Made by a program: the position numbers and the translations under genes. Shown piece after piece: positions 16,668 to 25,843 of a DNA stretch of 57,503 nucleotides. How positions within the stretch are numbered: the first letter of the stretch is position 1; the number at the start of each line of letters is the position of its first letter. Source of the DNA: an uncultured Candidatus Saccharibacteria bacterium (GTDB lineage: Bacteria; Patescibacteriota; Doudnabacteria; UBA920); NCBI GenBank assembly GCA_964520505.1, contig CAZFQP010000005.1, forward strand, positions 1 to 57,503, read 5' to 3'. The notes beneath the pieces are model-generated. The model ran no database searches and was not told the DNA's origin. It saw nothing but the letters and a program-made list of their open reading frames with translations.

Positions 16668-16994
16668 ATGGCGAAAGATTTTTTGAAGAAAGAACCGAGC
16701 AAAACAGAAAAAGTGCTTTACGAATTAATGATGGCACAAAACTCCATGGAAAAAGGATTATGGTCCACTTCCAGTTTGGTTTTGGTTTTGGCTATTTTAA
16801 CCAAGCAAGACCCTAAGGCGATTGCGGAAATGATGGTTAACGGTGATGAGAAATTAAAAGAATTTAGCGGTAAAATTAACGAAGAAATTAAAAAGCTGGA
16901 AGCAGAAAAGCGCCCCGCAGCTCAACCGGCCGGCGCAGATGAACATAATCACAACCACTCACACCAAGAACCCGCCGCCACCCCACAAGCTTAA
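16668..16994 (+). CDS. hypothetical protein with His-rich tail
   Basis: 108-aa ORF with an AAAGGA Shine-Dalgarno-like sequence. The C-terminus is ADEHNHNHSHQEP. Confidence 0.5.
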   Translation: MAKDFLKKEPSKTEKVLYELMMAQNSMEKGLWSTSSLVLVLAILTKQDPKAIAEMMVNGDEKLKEFSGKINEEIKKLEAEKRPAAQPAGADEHNHNHSHQEPAATPQA

Positions 16995-16996
16995 TT

Positions 16997-17028
16997 AAGC
17001 ACTGTATTACTTTCTTGTAATACAGTAA
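16997..17028. repeat. 32-nt hairpin repeat AAGCACTGTATTACTTTCTTGTAATACAGTAA, copy 1
   Basis: 10-bp perfect stem ACTGTATTAC/GTAATACAGT. An identical 32-mer lies at 51460-51491. It is probably a terminator. Confidence 0.9.
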
Positions 17029-17039
17029 AACAAAAAAAT

Positions 17040-17477
17040 ATGGAGCAAAAACCACAAAACATTCAACAAAGACCAATCGTCGGCATTGGAGTAATGCTTT
17101 TTAAAGATGGTAAAATTTTACTTGGAAAAAGAAAAGGCTCGCACGGCTCAGGGCTCTATGCCTGGCCCGGGGGCAAATTGGATTTAATGGAATCCATTTT
17201 TGACTGCGCAAAAAGAGAAGTAAAAGAAGAAACCGGTTTGGAAATAACCGACTTAAAATTTTTGCGGGTAATGAATTTGAAAACTCCGGACAATTATCAT
17301 TTTCTTGATATTGCTGTATCGGCCCAATGGAAAAGCGGTGAGCCGCAAACACTAGAGCCGGAAAAATGCGAAGGCTGGGCCTGGTATGATATAAATAACC
17401 TCCCGGAGCCATTATTTAGTGCCGAACCATCCGCTATTGAAGCCTATAAAACAGGAAAAAACTTTTTTGATTCATAA
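17040..17477 (+). CDS. NUDIX hydrolase (MutT-like)
   Basis: Nudix box GGKLDLMESIFDCAKREVKEETGLE. Confidence 0.85.
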   Translation: MEQKPQNIQQRPIVGIGVMLFKDGKILLGKRKGSHGSGLYAWPGGKLDLMESIFDCAKREVKEETGLEITDLKFLRVMNLKTPDNYHFLDIAVSAQWKSGEPQTLEPEKCEGWAWYDINNLPEPLFSAEPSAIEAYKTGKNFFDS

Positions 17478-17478
17478 T

Positions 17479-18012
17479 ATGCTTAAATTCATTACCGGGA
17501 ACAAAAATAAATTTGAGGAAGCCAAGTTGGTTTTTAGCGATATTGAGCAGTTAGATATTGATTTGGCGGAAATACAAGAAGTTGACCCTAAAAAGATTAT
17601 TGAGCATAAATTACTGGAAGCTGCTAAAAAATATGAGGGTGAGTTTTTTGTGGAAGATCAGTCTATGCACTTGGACGCCTTAAACGGACTGCCCGGGCCT
17701 TTTATTAAATGGTTTTGGCAAGGCTTGGGTAATCAAGGTCTTTTTGATTTAGTCAGCAAGCTCAAAAATGATAAAGCCCACAACAGAATTAGCGTGGGTT
17801 ATTTTAAAAGTCCGACGGAAATAGTTTATTTTGAAAATATTGTTAGCGGCAGAATTGTAGAACCAAAAGGGGATTTAGATTTTGGCTGGGGACCGGTGTT
17901 TATGCCGGACGGCAGCCAAAAAACTTACGGCGAAATGAAAAAATCCGAAAAAGATTTTTTTAATCCGCGAACAATGGCATTTAAGCAACTAAAAAAATAT
18001 TTAGAAAAATAA
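17479..18012 (+). CDS. rdgB: non-canonical purine NTP pyrophosphatase (HAM1/RdgB family)
   Basis: MLKFITGNKNKFEEA..., VEDQSMHLDALNGLPGPFIKWF, GWGPVFMP. ATG at 17479 is preferred because the track start lies inside the preceding gene. Confidence 0.85.
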   Translation: MLKFITGNKNKFEEAKLVFSDIEQLDIDLAEIQEVDPKKIIEHKLLEAAKKYEGEFFVEDQSMHLDALNGLPGPFIKWFWQGLGNQGLFDLVSKLKNDKAHNRISVGYFKSPTEIVYFENIVSGRIVEPKGDLDFGWGPVFMPDGSQKTYGEMKKSEKDFFNPRTMAFKQLKKYLEK

Positions 18013-20561
18013 TGAAACAAGTCAGACTTCCAAAACATATTAAGCCGGAGCGCTACCGCTTATTTATTAAACCCGATCTCAAAGGGTTTGTTTTTGAAGG
18101 TGAAGAAACAATTTATTTAAAAATCACCAAGCCGACAAACGAGATCACACTTCATGCTAAGGAGTTAGAAATTTTAAATGTTGAATTTCAAATTTTAAAT
18201 AACAAATTTAAAATTTTAAAGCAGATTCAAAATTCTAAATTAGAAACGATTACATTAAAGTTCAAAAATAAAATACCGGCAGGAAAAGGGGAGTTGAGCT
18301 TGAAATTTAAGGGTATTTTAAACGATAAATTACGGGGTTTTTACCGCAGCAGCTACAACCATCAAGGTCGCCAAAAACACCTCGCTACAACCCAATTTGA
18401 GGCTACAGATGCCCGTCGGGCTTTCCCGTGCTTTGACGAGCCGGCCCAAAAAGCCATATTTGACGTGACATTAATGGTGCCAAAAAAACTGGCTGCGATT
18501 TCCAATACCATTGAAACCGAAGTCATTGAACATAAAGGCGAATACAAAACCGTTAAGTTTGCGCCAACGCCAAAAATGTCTACCTATTTGCTGGCGTTTA
18601 TTGTCGGTGATTTGGAATTTATAGAAGGCAAAACCAAAGACGGCGTTCTGGTGCGGGTGTTTACCACGCCGGGGAAAAAACATCAAGGCAAGTTTGCCTT
18701 AGGCACCGCCATTCGCTGTTTGGAATTTTATAACCAATATTTTAATATTCCTTACCCGCTGCCGGTGCTGGATTTAATTGCCATTCCGGATTTTTCCAGC
18801 GCTGCTATGGAAAATTGGGGAGCAATTACTTACCGCGAAACCGCATTGCTGGTTGACGCGGAAAATTCTTCACTATCAAACAAACAATGGGTGGCCATTG
18901 TTATTTCGCACGAAATTGCGCACCAATGGTTTGGCAATTTGGTGACAATGGAATGGTGGACGCACTTGTGGCTAAATGAAGGTTTTGCTTCGTATATGGA
19001 ATATTTATGCACCGACTCGTTATTCCCCCAGTGGCATATGTGGGAGCAATATGTTGGCCAGAGATTCAACCATGCACTGGAACTGGACGCCCTTTCTAAC
19101 ACTCACCCAATAGAAGTGGAAGTTCACCATCCCGACGAGATTAGCGAAATATTTGATGCTGTTAGTTATGCCAAAGGTTCGGTGGTTATTCGCATGCTTG
19201 CCGAATATTTGGGCGCGAAAAATTTTCGGGACGGCCTGAGATATTATTTAAAAAAACATTCCTACCAAAATGCTTCCACAGTGCATTTGTGGGAGGCTTT
19301 TGAAAAGGTCTCAAAAAAACCGGTGAAAGCATTAATGAAAAACTGGACAGCGACTTCCGGTTATCCGTTGCTTAAAATTACCGAGGGGCAAAAACATTTA
19401 ACTGTTTCGCAGTCGAGATTTTTTTCCAGCCCGCTTTCGCAAAAAAAGTCTCTCCACAAAGAACAGTGGCAAATTCCTTTTACTTTGGAAACCCCAAACG
19501 GGAAAAAAGACAAACACTTTTTAACCGGAAAAACTTTAACTCTAAAAAAACCAAGCGGTAAATGGGTAAAATTTAATTCCCAGGAAACTTCATTTTTCCG
19601 GACCGATTATCCGGCACAAATGCTTGGAGCTTTTTCTTCGGCTATTAAAAACAAGGAACTTTCATCCATTAACCGCCTGGGAATTATTCGCGATGCCTTT
19701 GCTTTGGCTGAAGCCGGACATTTGCCGACCGTTCAGGCTTTGGCCTTAGCCAAAAATTTTATAAACGAAACGGACTATAACGTTTGGCTGGTATTGGCCG
19801 TTGGTATAAATACTGCTGGCGCCGCAGCTTTTGGCCAGTCTTATTATGAAGATTTTAAACAATATGCGGGCAATATTTTTGTAAACGTGGCGCATAAAAG
19901 CGGCTGGCAGGAAAAACCAAATGAAAGTAGCGCACAAGTTTTGCTTCGCAGTTTAAGTTTGTTGCAGGCCGGCAAATGGGGTAACCAAAAAATTATTACT
20001 CAGGCAAAAAAGCTGTTTGCCTCAAAACAAAAACCGCCGGTTGACATTCGCTCGGTTGTTTATTCGCTGGCCGCAAACAATGGCGGCGCCAAAGAACATA
20101 ATAAATTAATGAAGTTATACCAAACCGAAACCTTACACGAAGAAAAAGACCGGATTGCCCGGGCTTTAGCCCAATTTAGCAACCCAAAGCTGCTGAAAAA
20201 AACTTTGACTTTCGCTTTAAGTAATAAAGTTCGCGCCCAGGACGCGCCGTTTATTATTGCCGGGGTCTTCCGCAACCCGGCCGGTTCAACATTGGCCTTG
20301 GATTTCGTCTTTAAAAATTGGAACTGGTTGCTTAACCGCTATTCTTCCGGCCTGAGTATGATTTCCCGAATTATCGGCGTAATGGATAATTTTTACACCA
20401 ATGAGGCGGCTAACAAAATTGCCAAATTTTATAAAACTCACAAAGCTCCCGGCGCCAAGCGCACCTTAGCGCAGACTTTGGAAAAAATCCGCAGCAATGC
20501 CGCCTGGGTCAAACGTGACGGCGAGCATATTGCTGCTTGGCTAAAACAAAATTTAGACTAA
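18012..20561 (+). CDS. M1-family zinc aminopeptidase (aminopeptidase N / PSA-F3-like)
   Basis: AAMENWGA exopeptidase motif, HEIAHQWFGNLVTMEWWTHLWLNEGFA zinc motif (HExxH-18-E) and a long helical C-terminal domain. The start overlaps the previous stop (TAATG). Confidence 0.9.
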   Translation: MKQVRLPKHIKPERYRLFIKPDLKGFVFEGEETIYLKITKPTNEITLHAKELEILNVEFQILNNKFKILKQIQNSKLETITLKFKNKIPAGKGELSLKFKGILNDKLRGFYRSSYNHQGRQKHLATTQFEATDARRAFPCFDEPAQKAIFDVTLMVPKKLAAISNTIETEVIEHKGEYKTVKFAPTPKMSTYLLAFIVGDLEFIEGKTKDGVLVRVFTTPGKKHQGKFALGTAIRCLEFYNQYFNIPYPLPVLDLIAIPDFSSAAMENWGAITYRETALLVDAENSSLSNKQWVAIVISHEIAHQWFGNLVTMEWWTHLWLNEGFASYMEYLCTDSLFPQWHMWEQYVGQRFNHALELDALSNTHPIEVEVHHPDEISEIFDAVSYAKGSVVIRMLAEYLGAKNFRDGLRYYLKKHSYQNASTVHLWEAFEKVSKKPVKALMKNWTATSGYPLLKITEGQKHLTVSQSRFFSSPLSQKKSLHKEQWQIPFTLETPNGKKDKHFLTGKTLTLKKPSGKWVKFNSQETSFFRTDYPAQMLGAFSSAIKNKELSSINRLGIIRDAFALAEAGHLPTVQALALAKNFINETDYNVWLVLAVGINTAGAAAFGQSYYEDFKQYAGNIFVNVAHKSGWQEKPNESSAQVLLRSLSLLQAGKWGNQKIITQAKKLFASKQKPPVDIRSVVYSLAANNGGAKEHNKLMKLYQTETLHEEKDRIARALAQFSNPKLLKKTLTFALSNKVRAQDAPFIIAGVFRNPAGSTLALDFVFKNWNWLLNRYSSGLSMISRIIGVMDNFYTNEAANKIAKFYKTHKAPGAKRTLAQTLEKIRSNAAWVKRDGEHIAAWLKQNLD

Positions 20562-20621
20562 TCAGTTAAAAAATGGTTTTAGCCACTGCTGTAGATGATA
20601 ACCGGCCTGAAGCCTTAAATA

Positions 20622-20649
20622 TTGCCAAAAGCCCAGGTTTTGCTATAAT
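20622..20649 (+). promoter_or_regulatory. candidate secDF promoter
   Basis: TTGCCA, 16-nt spacer, TGC-TATAAT (TATAAT at 20644-20649). Confidence 0.45.
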
Positions 20650-20694
20650 ATCAAAAGCGTTTTAAATTTACTTAAATCTAACTAATAACCTCAC

Positions 20695-22185
20695 ATGCAC
20701 CCAAAACTCAAAGTATTCGCCTCGCTTTTCGCGATTTTGCTGATTGCCGCGGCCGCGGTTTGGATAACTCTCCCTGCCGGCAGTAAAATTAACTTAAACC
20801 CAATTAAAATACCTTACCGCCAAGATTTTAAAGTTCACTTGGGACTAGATTTGCAAGGCGGCAGCCACTTGGTTTACCAAGCCGACTTTAGGGACATTAA
20901 ACAAGCAGACCAGGCTGAGGCCTTAAACGCCATTCGCGACACAATTGAGCGCCGTGTTAACAGTTTTGGCGTGAGCGAACCGCTTGTGCAGGTGACTGGT
21001 ACCGACAGAATTATTATTGAACTGCCGGGCATTAAAGATATTAACGAGGCCATAAACCAAATCGGGCAAACTCCGTTTTTGGAATTTAAAGTTCAAAGCA
21101 GCAAAACTCCGGAATTAAAACCTGATAAGGACGGCAAAATTGTTGTTGACGGCAACCCGGGCTGGGAAACCACCGGACTTTCCGGAAAACAACTCAAAAA
21201 AGCCAGCGTAGATTTTGAACAAGGCAAAAGTCTTTCCAGCCAAGTCGTGGTGCGCTTAGAATTTAATGATGAAGGAAAGCAATTATTTTCCGATATTACT
21301 TCAGCCAATGTGGGCAAGCCCGTGGCTATATTTTTAGACGGCCAGGTACTTAGCGCCCCAACCGTACAAAATGCCATTAAAGACGGTGTGGCTATTATTA
21401 CCGGTAACTTTACCGTGCAGGATGCCAAAGCTTTGGCGACTCGCTTAAACAGCGGCGCCTTGCCGGTACCAATCAAACTTATTTCCCAACAAAATGTTGG
21501 AGCGACCTTGGGTAAGGAATCGGTGCAAAAATCTGTCGTAGCCGGGCTTATTGGCCTTTTAATGATCGCCATTTTTATGATGGTCTACTATCGCTTCCCG
21601 GGATTTTTGGCGGTTATTGCCTTACTGCTTTACGCCGTGGTCTCATTCTCTGTGTTTAAAATAGGTATTTCATTTACGGCTCTCGCTTTAGTCGGTGTAT
21701 TTTTCTTTTTAGGACTTACTGTAAATTCCTGGTTTGGCATTTTAGCTTTTGTCAGCTATTTGGTTTTAATATTGCTCAAAGGACTTTCCCCGGTTACTCT
21801 AACTTTGGCCGGTATTGCCGGATTTATTTTGTCCATCGGTATGGCGGTAGATGCCAACATCTTAATTTTTGAAAGGTTGAAAGAAGAAATCCGCGCCGGC
21901 AAGGAAATTCACAAAGCCGTGGAAGACGGTTTTGCAAGAGCGTGGCTGTCTATTCGTGACTCCAACGTTTCCAGTTTAATCACCACAGTTATTTTGTATT
22001 TCTTTGGCACCCCGGCAATTAAAGGTTTTGCTTTAACTTTAGGTATCGGTATTTTAATTTCGATGTTCACGGCCATTACCGTTACCAGAACCTTACTCAA
22101 ACTTTTTGTTGGCAACAACATCCTTACCCACCCATGGCTGTTTGGAGTTAGTAAACTTAAAAAAACTGTAACAACTAATAATTAA
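20695..22185 (+). CDS. secD: protein translocase subunit SecD
   Basis: LGLDLQGGSHLVYQ, a periplasmic domain, and a C-terminal six-TM block with GMAVDANILIFERLKEE. Confidence 0.92.
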   Translation: MHPKLKVFASLFAILLIAAAAVWITLPAGSKINLNPIKIPYRQDFKVHLGLDLQGGSHLVYQADFRDIKQADQAEALNAIRDTIERRVNSFGVSEPLVQVTGTDRIIIELPGIKDINEAINQIGQTPFLEFKVQSSKTPELKPDKDGKIVVDGNPGWETTGLSGKQLKKASVDFEQGKSLSSQVVVRLEFNDEGKQLFSDITSANVGKPVAIFLDGQVLSAPTVQNAIKDGVAIITGNFTVQDAKALATRLNSGALPVPIKLISQQNVGATLGKESVQKSVVAGLIGLLMIAIFMMVYYRFPGFLAVIALLLYAVVSFSVFKIGISFTALALVGVFFFLGLTVNSWFGILAFVSYLVLILLKGLSPVTLTLAGIAGFILSIGMAVDANILIFERLKEEIRAGKEIHKAVEDGFARAWLSIRDSNVSSLITTVILYFFGTPAIKGFALTLGIGILISMFTAITVTRTLLKLFVGNNILTHPWLFGVSKLKKTVTTNN

Positions 22186-22234
22186 AATAATAGATACAAG
22201 TAAGTGGATTTGTATCGCGTATTAGCAAACTCTC

Positions 22235-23128
22235 ATGTTCAACACTCTAAAATATTACAAGCTATGGTTCGCGGTTTCCGGAATTATTCTGTTGTTCGGT
22301 ATTGTCTCGTTGGCTATGTTTGGCCTCAAGCTCGGCATTGACTTTAAGGGCGGAACCTATTTGGAGCTACAGTTTAACCAACAGGTAGATCAAGCCAAAA
22401 TTAAATCTGCCGCCGATCAACTTGGTTTAAAAAATTACCAGCTCCAAGCTGCGGAAAACTACCATGTCATTATTAAAACCGAGAGTCTCGAAAAAGAGCA
22501 ACACGACAAGCTCTTGTCTTTAATTAAAACTGAGGTAGGGGATTATAAAGAAGTCCGTTTTGATTCCATAGGTCCGGTTATTGGTAAAGAATTAAAACAA
22601 AACGCAATTTACCAGTTGATTTTAGTTTCTTTGGGTATAGTAATATATATTGGCTACGCTTTTCGCAAAGTAGCCAAACCCGTCACCTCTTGGCGTTTTG
22701 GCTGGGCTGCGGTTATTGCCTTACTACACGACTTGCTGTTTGTGCTCGGACTATTCTCTCTTCTTGGACATTTTCGGGGAGTTGAAGTAGATAGTTTGTT
22801 TGTGACCGCCATGCTCACAGTGCTCGGATTTTCAGTTCACGACACTATAGTGGTCTTTGACAGGATTCGTGAAAACTTAAAACTGTACCCGGGACAAAGC
22901 ATAGACTACGTGGTCAACCACAGCATTGCCCAAACTATTGTTCGTTCTTTAAACACCAGCTTGACGGTATTATTCGTCTTACTCAGCTTACTTCTGTTTG
23001 GTGGAGAAACAATCAAATATTTTGTCTTAGCGCTGTTTAGTGGAATTATCGTCGGGACTTATTCCTCCATATTTATTGCCAGTCCGGTTTTAGTGTTAAT
23101 GCAAAAGTGGAGAACAAGAAGAGCTTAA
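22235..23128 (+). CDS. secF: protein translocase subunit SecF
   Basis: GIDFKGGT and a C-terminal TM block with GFSVHDTIVVFDRIREN. Confidence 0.92.
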   Translation: MFNTLKYYKLWFAVSGIILLFGIVSLAMFGLKLGIDFKGGTYLELQFNQQVDQAKIKSAADQLGLKNYQLQAAENYHVIIKTESLEKEQHDKLLSLIKTEVGDYKEVRFDSIGPVIGKELKQNAIYQLILVSLGIVIYIGYAFRKVAKPVTSWRFGWAAVIALLHDLLFVLGLFSLLGHFRGVEVDSLFVTAMLTVLGFSVHDTIVVFDRIRENLKLYPGQSIDYVVNHSIAQTIVRSLNTSLTVLFVLLSLLLFGGETIKYFVLALFSGIIVGTYSSIFIASPVLVLMQKWRTRRA

Positions 23129-23133
23129 TATTT

Positions 23134-23161
23134 AAATCCCCCTTAAATAAGGGGGATTTTT
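23134..23161 (+). terminator. rho-independent terminator after secF
   Basis: AAATCCCCC-TTAAATAA-GGGGGATTT is followed by TT. Confidence 0.8.
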
Positions 23162-23162
23162 A

Positions 23163-23221
23163 TTAGCGACGTAGAGCGAATCCGTCCCAATTTGATCGGG
23201 ACGAGTGAGCCGAGGAGCTAA
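23163..23221. repeat. GC-rich hairpin element
   Basis: TTAGC...CGTCCC-AATTTGAT-CGGGACG...GCTAA. It has the same style as the other GC-rich hairpin repeats in this window, and only one copy of this exact sequence was seen. Confidence 0.4.
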
Positions 23222-23268
23222 TACAGGTTCAATACCTCAAGGGAGGAACCTTTATTGCCCAGGTATAT

Positions 23269-23297
23269 TTGACATACGCTATTGTTTATGCTATACT
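23269..23297 (+). promoter_or_regulatory. near-consensus sigma70 promoter
   Basis: TTGACA (23269-23274), 17-nt spacer, TGC-TATACT (TATACT at 23292-23297), 50 nt upstream of ATG 23348. Confidence 0.6.
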
Positions 23298-23347
23298 GTA
23301 AAAGATTTAAAATCTTTCAGACAAACATTAGCAATCAAATTAATTTT

Positions 23348-24430
23348 ATGGGAATTTTAGATACAATAATTCACACCAAGCAAACGGAATCTTTAACCAA
23401 TTTTAAACCTTCGGAAATTGTTAAGGAAGTTTTAGAATTGCTTAAAGAGCGCGATCGCCAAATTTTAACTCATCGTTACGGCCTGGAAGGCAAGGAAACC
23501 AAAACCTTAGCTGCTATTGGGCAGGAACAAAATTTAACCCGCGAGCGCGTGCGCCAAATTGAAAAAGATTTGATCAAGCATCTCAAAAAAACCAGTTTAC
23601 AGAAAGAAAATTTTGCATCTACTAAAGAATTTTTAATAAATATTATTACCGAACACGGCCGCATTATTGCCGAGGAAAATTTGTTAATGCACCTGAGCAT
23701 TTCTGATCCAAAGGAAAAAAATGCACTTGTGTTTATTTTGCATTTAATTGAAGAGTTAGACCATTTTATTCACGATAACTACAAAAAAAGCTGGGTAAGC
23801 GTGCTGTTTGCCACCGATATGCTCCACGGATTTATTGCCGAAAGCAAAAAAATCATTGCCAATAAAAACGCGCCGTTGCCGGCTGAAGAATTTTTAGAAA
23901 ATTTCAAACAAACTAAGTTTTTTGCCGACAACCAAAAAGAACTGAGTGACCGGGTTATTCTAAATTACCTGGAGTTAACCATGGAAATTGAAAAAAATGT
24001 ATTTGGCCAATGGGGTCTTTCACTATGGAAAGAAGTTAAGCCAAAAGACGTCGGCGACAAAGCTTATTTGGTTATGAAGCACCACAAAAAGCCCGAGCAC
24101 TATTCTCAAATTACCGAAATGATCAATAAGGCCAAGTTTGACGAACGCACGGCCTACAAAGAAACCGTTCACAATGAACTAATTAAAGATCCGCGCTTTA
24201 TTCTTATTGGTCGGGGCATTTATGCTTTGTCCGAATGGGGTTTTAAGCCCGGTGTGGTTGCCGATGTTATTGCCGAAATTCTCAAAGAGCAAGGCCAACC
24301 AATGGCTAAGGATAAAATTATTGAAGAAGTTTTAAAACGCCGCCAAGTCAAAAAGAATACTATTTTGGTCGGCTTATCCAACAAAAAAGTTTTTAAGAAG
24401 GTCGGAAAAAATGCCTACGCATTAGCCTAA
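23348..24430 (+). CDS. sigma-70 region-4-like HTH protein with C-terminal HARE-HTH-like domain
   Basis: RDRQILTHRYGLEG..KTLAAIGQEQNLTRERVRQIEKDLIKHL matches sigma region 4. The C-terminal DKAYLVMKHHKKPEHYSQITEMI...RFILIGRGIYALSEWG looks like HARE-HTH or an RpoE-delta N-terminal domain. The track start at 23282 (TTG) precedes the predicted transcription start. Confidence 0.7.
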   Translation: MGILDTIIHTKQTESLTNFKPSEIVKEVLELLKERDRQILTHRYGLEGKETKTLAAIGQEQNLTRERVRQIEKDLIKHLKKTSLQKENFASTKEFLINIITEHGRIIAEENLLMHLSISDPKEKNALVFILHLIEELDHFIHDNYKKSWVSVLFATDMLHGFIAESKKIIANKNAPLPAEEFLENFKQTKFFADNQKELSDRVILNYLELTMEIEKNVFGQWGLSLWKEVKPKDVGDKAYLVMKHHKKPEHYSQITEMINKAKFDERTAYKETVHNELIKDPRFILIGRGIYALSEWGFKPGVVADVIAEILKEQGQPMAKDKIIEEVLKRRQVKKNTILVGLSNKKVFKKVGKNAYALA

Positions 24431-24464
24431 AAAGTTTTTGGGTTAACAAGAAACAAAATTCAAA

Positions 24465-25814
24465 ATGGATATCTTCGCAAACATCTTCCCCAATTTTATA
24501 GATATTTTTAAAATTTCCTACCTCGTTTTTATTAAAGGGGGGTGGGTTCTTTTTGTTGTCGGGCTAATTTATGTTTTATGGAGAATGTATTACGTGGAAA
24601 TTCGCCACCAATATGTCCATAATCAGGAATGGATATTTATAAGCATCAAAGTGCCACGAGAAAATATGGTTAGCACTATGGCAGTAGACACTGTTTTTTC
24701 GCAGTTGCATTCCTTACATAGCAGTAAGACTTTTGTGGAAAAATTTGTGGAAGGCCACGACCAGCTATGGTACAGCCTAGAGTTGGTGTCTTTGGGCGGC
24801 AAAATCTCCTTTGTGATGCGCATTCCCAAAAATGCTAAAAATTTGGTGGAAGCGGCTATTTATGCCCACTACCCGCAGGCTGAAATTAATATTATAAATG
24901 ACTACTTGGAAAATATTTCCTATGACCCGGAAACTTCCACGGACATAGACGTCTTTGGGACCGAATGGAAATTGGAAGAAGATGATGTTTTGCCCCTTAA
25001 AACTTTTAGGGATTTTGAGCATCCCGCGGCCGAAGAAACAATTATCGATCCTTTAGCTAACCTTTTTGAAAGTTTAACCAAAATTGAACCTCACGAAATT
25101 TTTGCCATTCAAATTATTATTCAACCTCTGGGGGACGACGAGTGGAAGCCAAGAGGCGAGCTTAAAGTCAAACAATTAATTGGCGAAGAGATTCCGCACC
25201 ATGCAAGTTTTTGGGACTTTATAATGGCGCCATTTAACTGGTTTGCCAAGTTTAGCTACAAAGAAACCTTTTTTGGCGGCGGCCACGGACATGGGCACGA
25301 GGAAGTAAAACCGACCAAAAATAATTGGATGAGTATGACGGAAACCGAAAAAGAACGGGTAACTTTAATTGAGAAAAAAATCAGCAAGCCCGGCTACCGT
25401 ACCAAAATTCGCTTTTTGTATTTGGCGCCAAAAGATAAAATGGATTTAACCAAGAGGGGAATATTTATTGGAGCATTTCGCCCATTTGGATCTGCACAAA
25501 GCAACAAACTAAAACCTGACACCGGTAAAACATGGACCGGACTAACTTACAAATTTTCCAAAGAGCTAGAAACTCCGTATATGGATCACATCTTAAAAAT
25601 CCGCAAACGCCGAATTTTTAAAGGCTTTAAAGACCGCGATATTCACCTAGGAATCCCGATGTTTATTTTAAACACCGAAGAAATTGCCACCCTTTACCAT
25701 TTCCCAATTACCACTAAAACAACAATGGCACCTTCGGCCATTGAAAAAACCGAAAGCAAAAAATCCCAGCCACCGGTTAATTTGCCGATTCCGGAAGATC
25801 TGCTTAACTTTTAA
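24465..25814 (+). CDS. hypothetical membrane-anchored protein (partner of the downstream ATPase)
   Basis: 449 aa with an N-terminal TM (ISYLVFIKGGWVLFVVGLIYVLW) and a GGGHGHGHEE stretch. I cannot name the family. Confidence 0.65.
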   Translation: MDIFANIFPNFIDIFKISYLVFIKGGWVLFVVGLIYVLWRMYYVEIRHQYVHNQEWIFISIKVPRENMVSTMAVDTVFSQLHSLHSSKTFVEKFVEGHDQLWYSLELVSLGGKISFVMRIPKNAKNLVEAAIYAHYPQAEINIINDYLENISYDPETSTDIDVFGTEWKLEEDDVLPLKTFRDFEHPAAEETIIDPLANLFESLTKIEPHEIFAIQIIIQPLGDDEWKPRGELKVKQLIGEEIPHHASFWDFIMAPFNWFAKFSYKETFFGGGHGHGHEEVKPTKNNWMSMTETEKERVTLIEKKISKPGYRTKIRFLYLAPKDKMDLTKRGIFIGAFRPFGSAQSNKLKPDTGKTWTGLTYKFSKELETPYMDHILKIRKRRIFKGFKDRDIHLGIPMFILNTEEIATLYHFPITTKTTMAPSAIEKTESKKSQPPVNLPIPEDLLNF

Positions 25815-25843
25815 AATATTTTTGCCATTAAAATCTAAACCAA

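Noticed and set aside
21093-21572. 159-aa minus-strand ORF inside secD
   Set aside because: It is an antisense shadow of a confidently identified gene.
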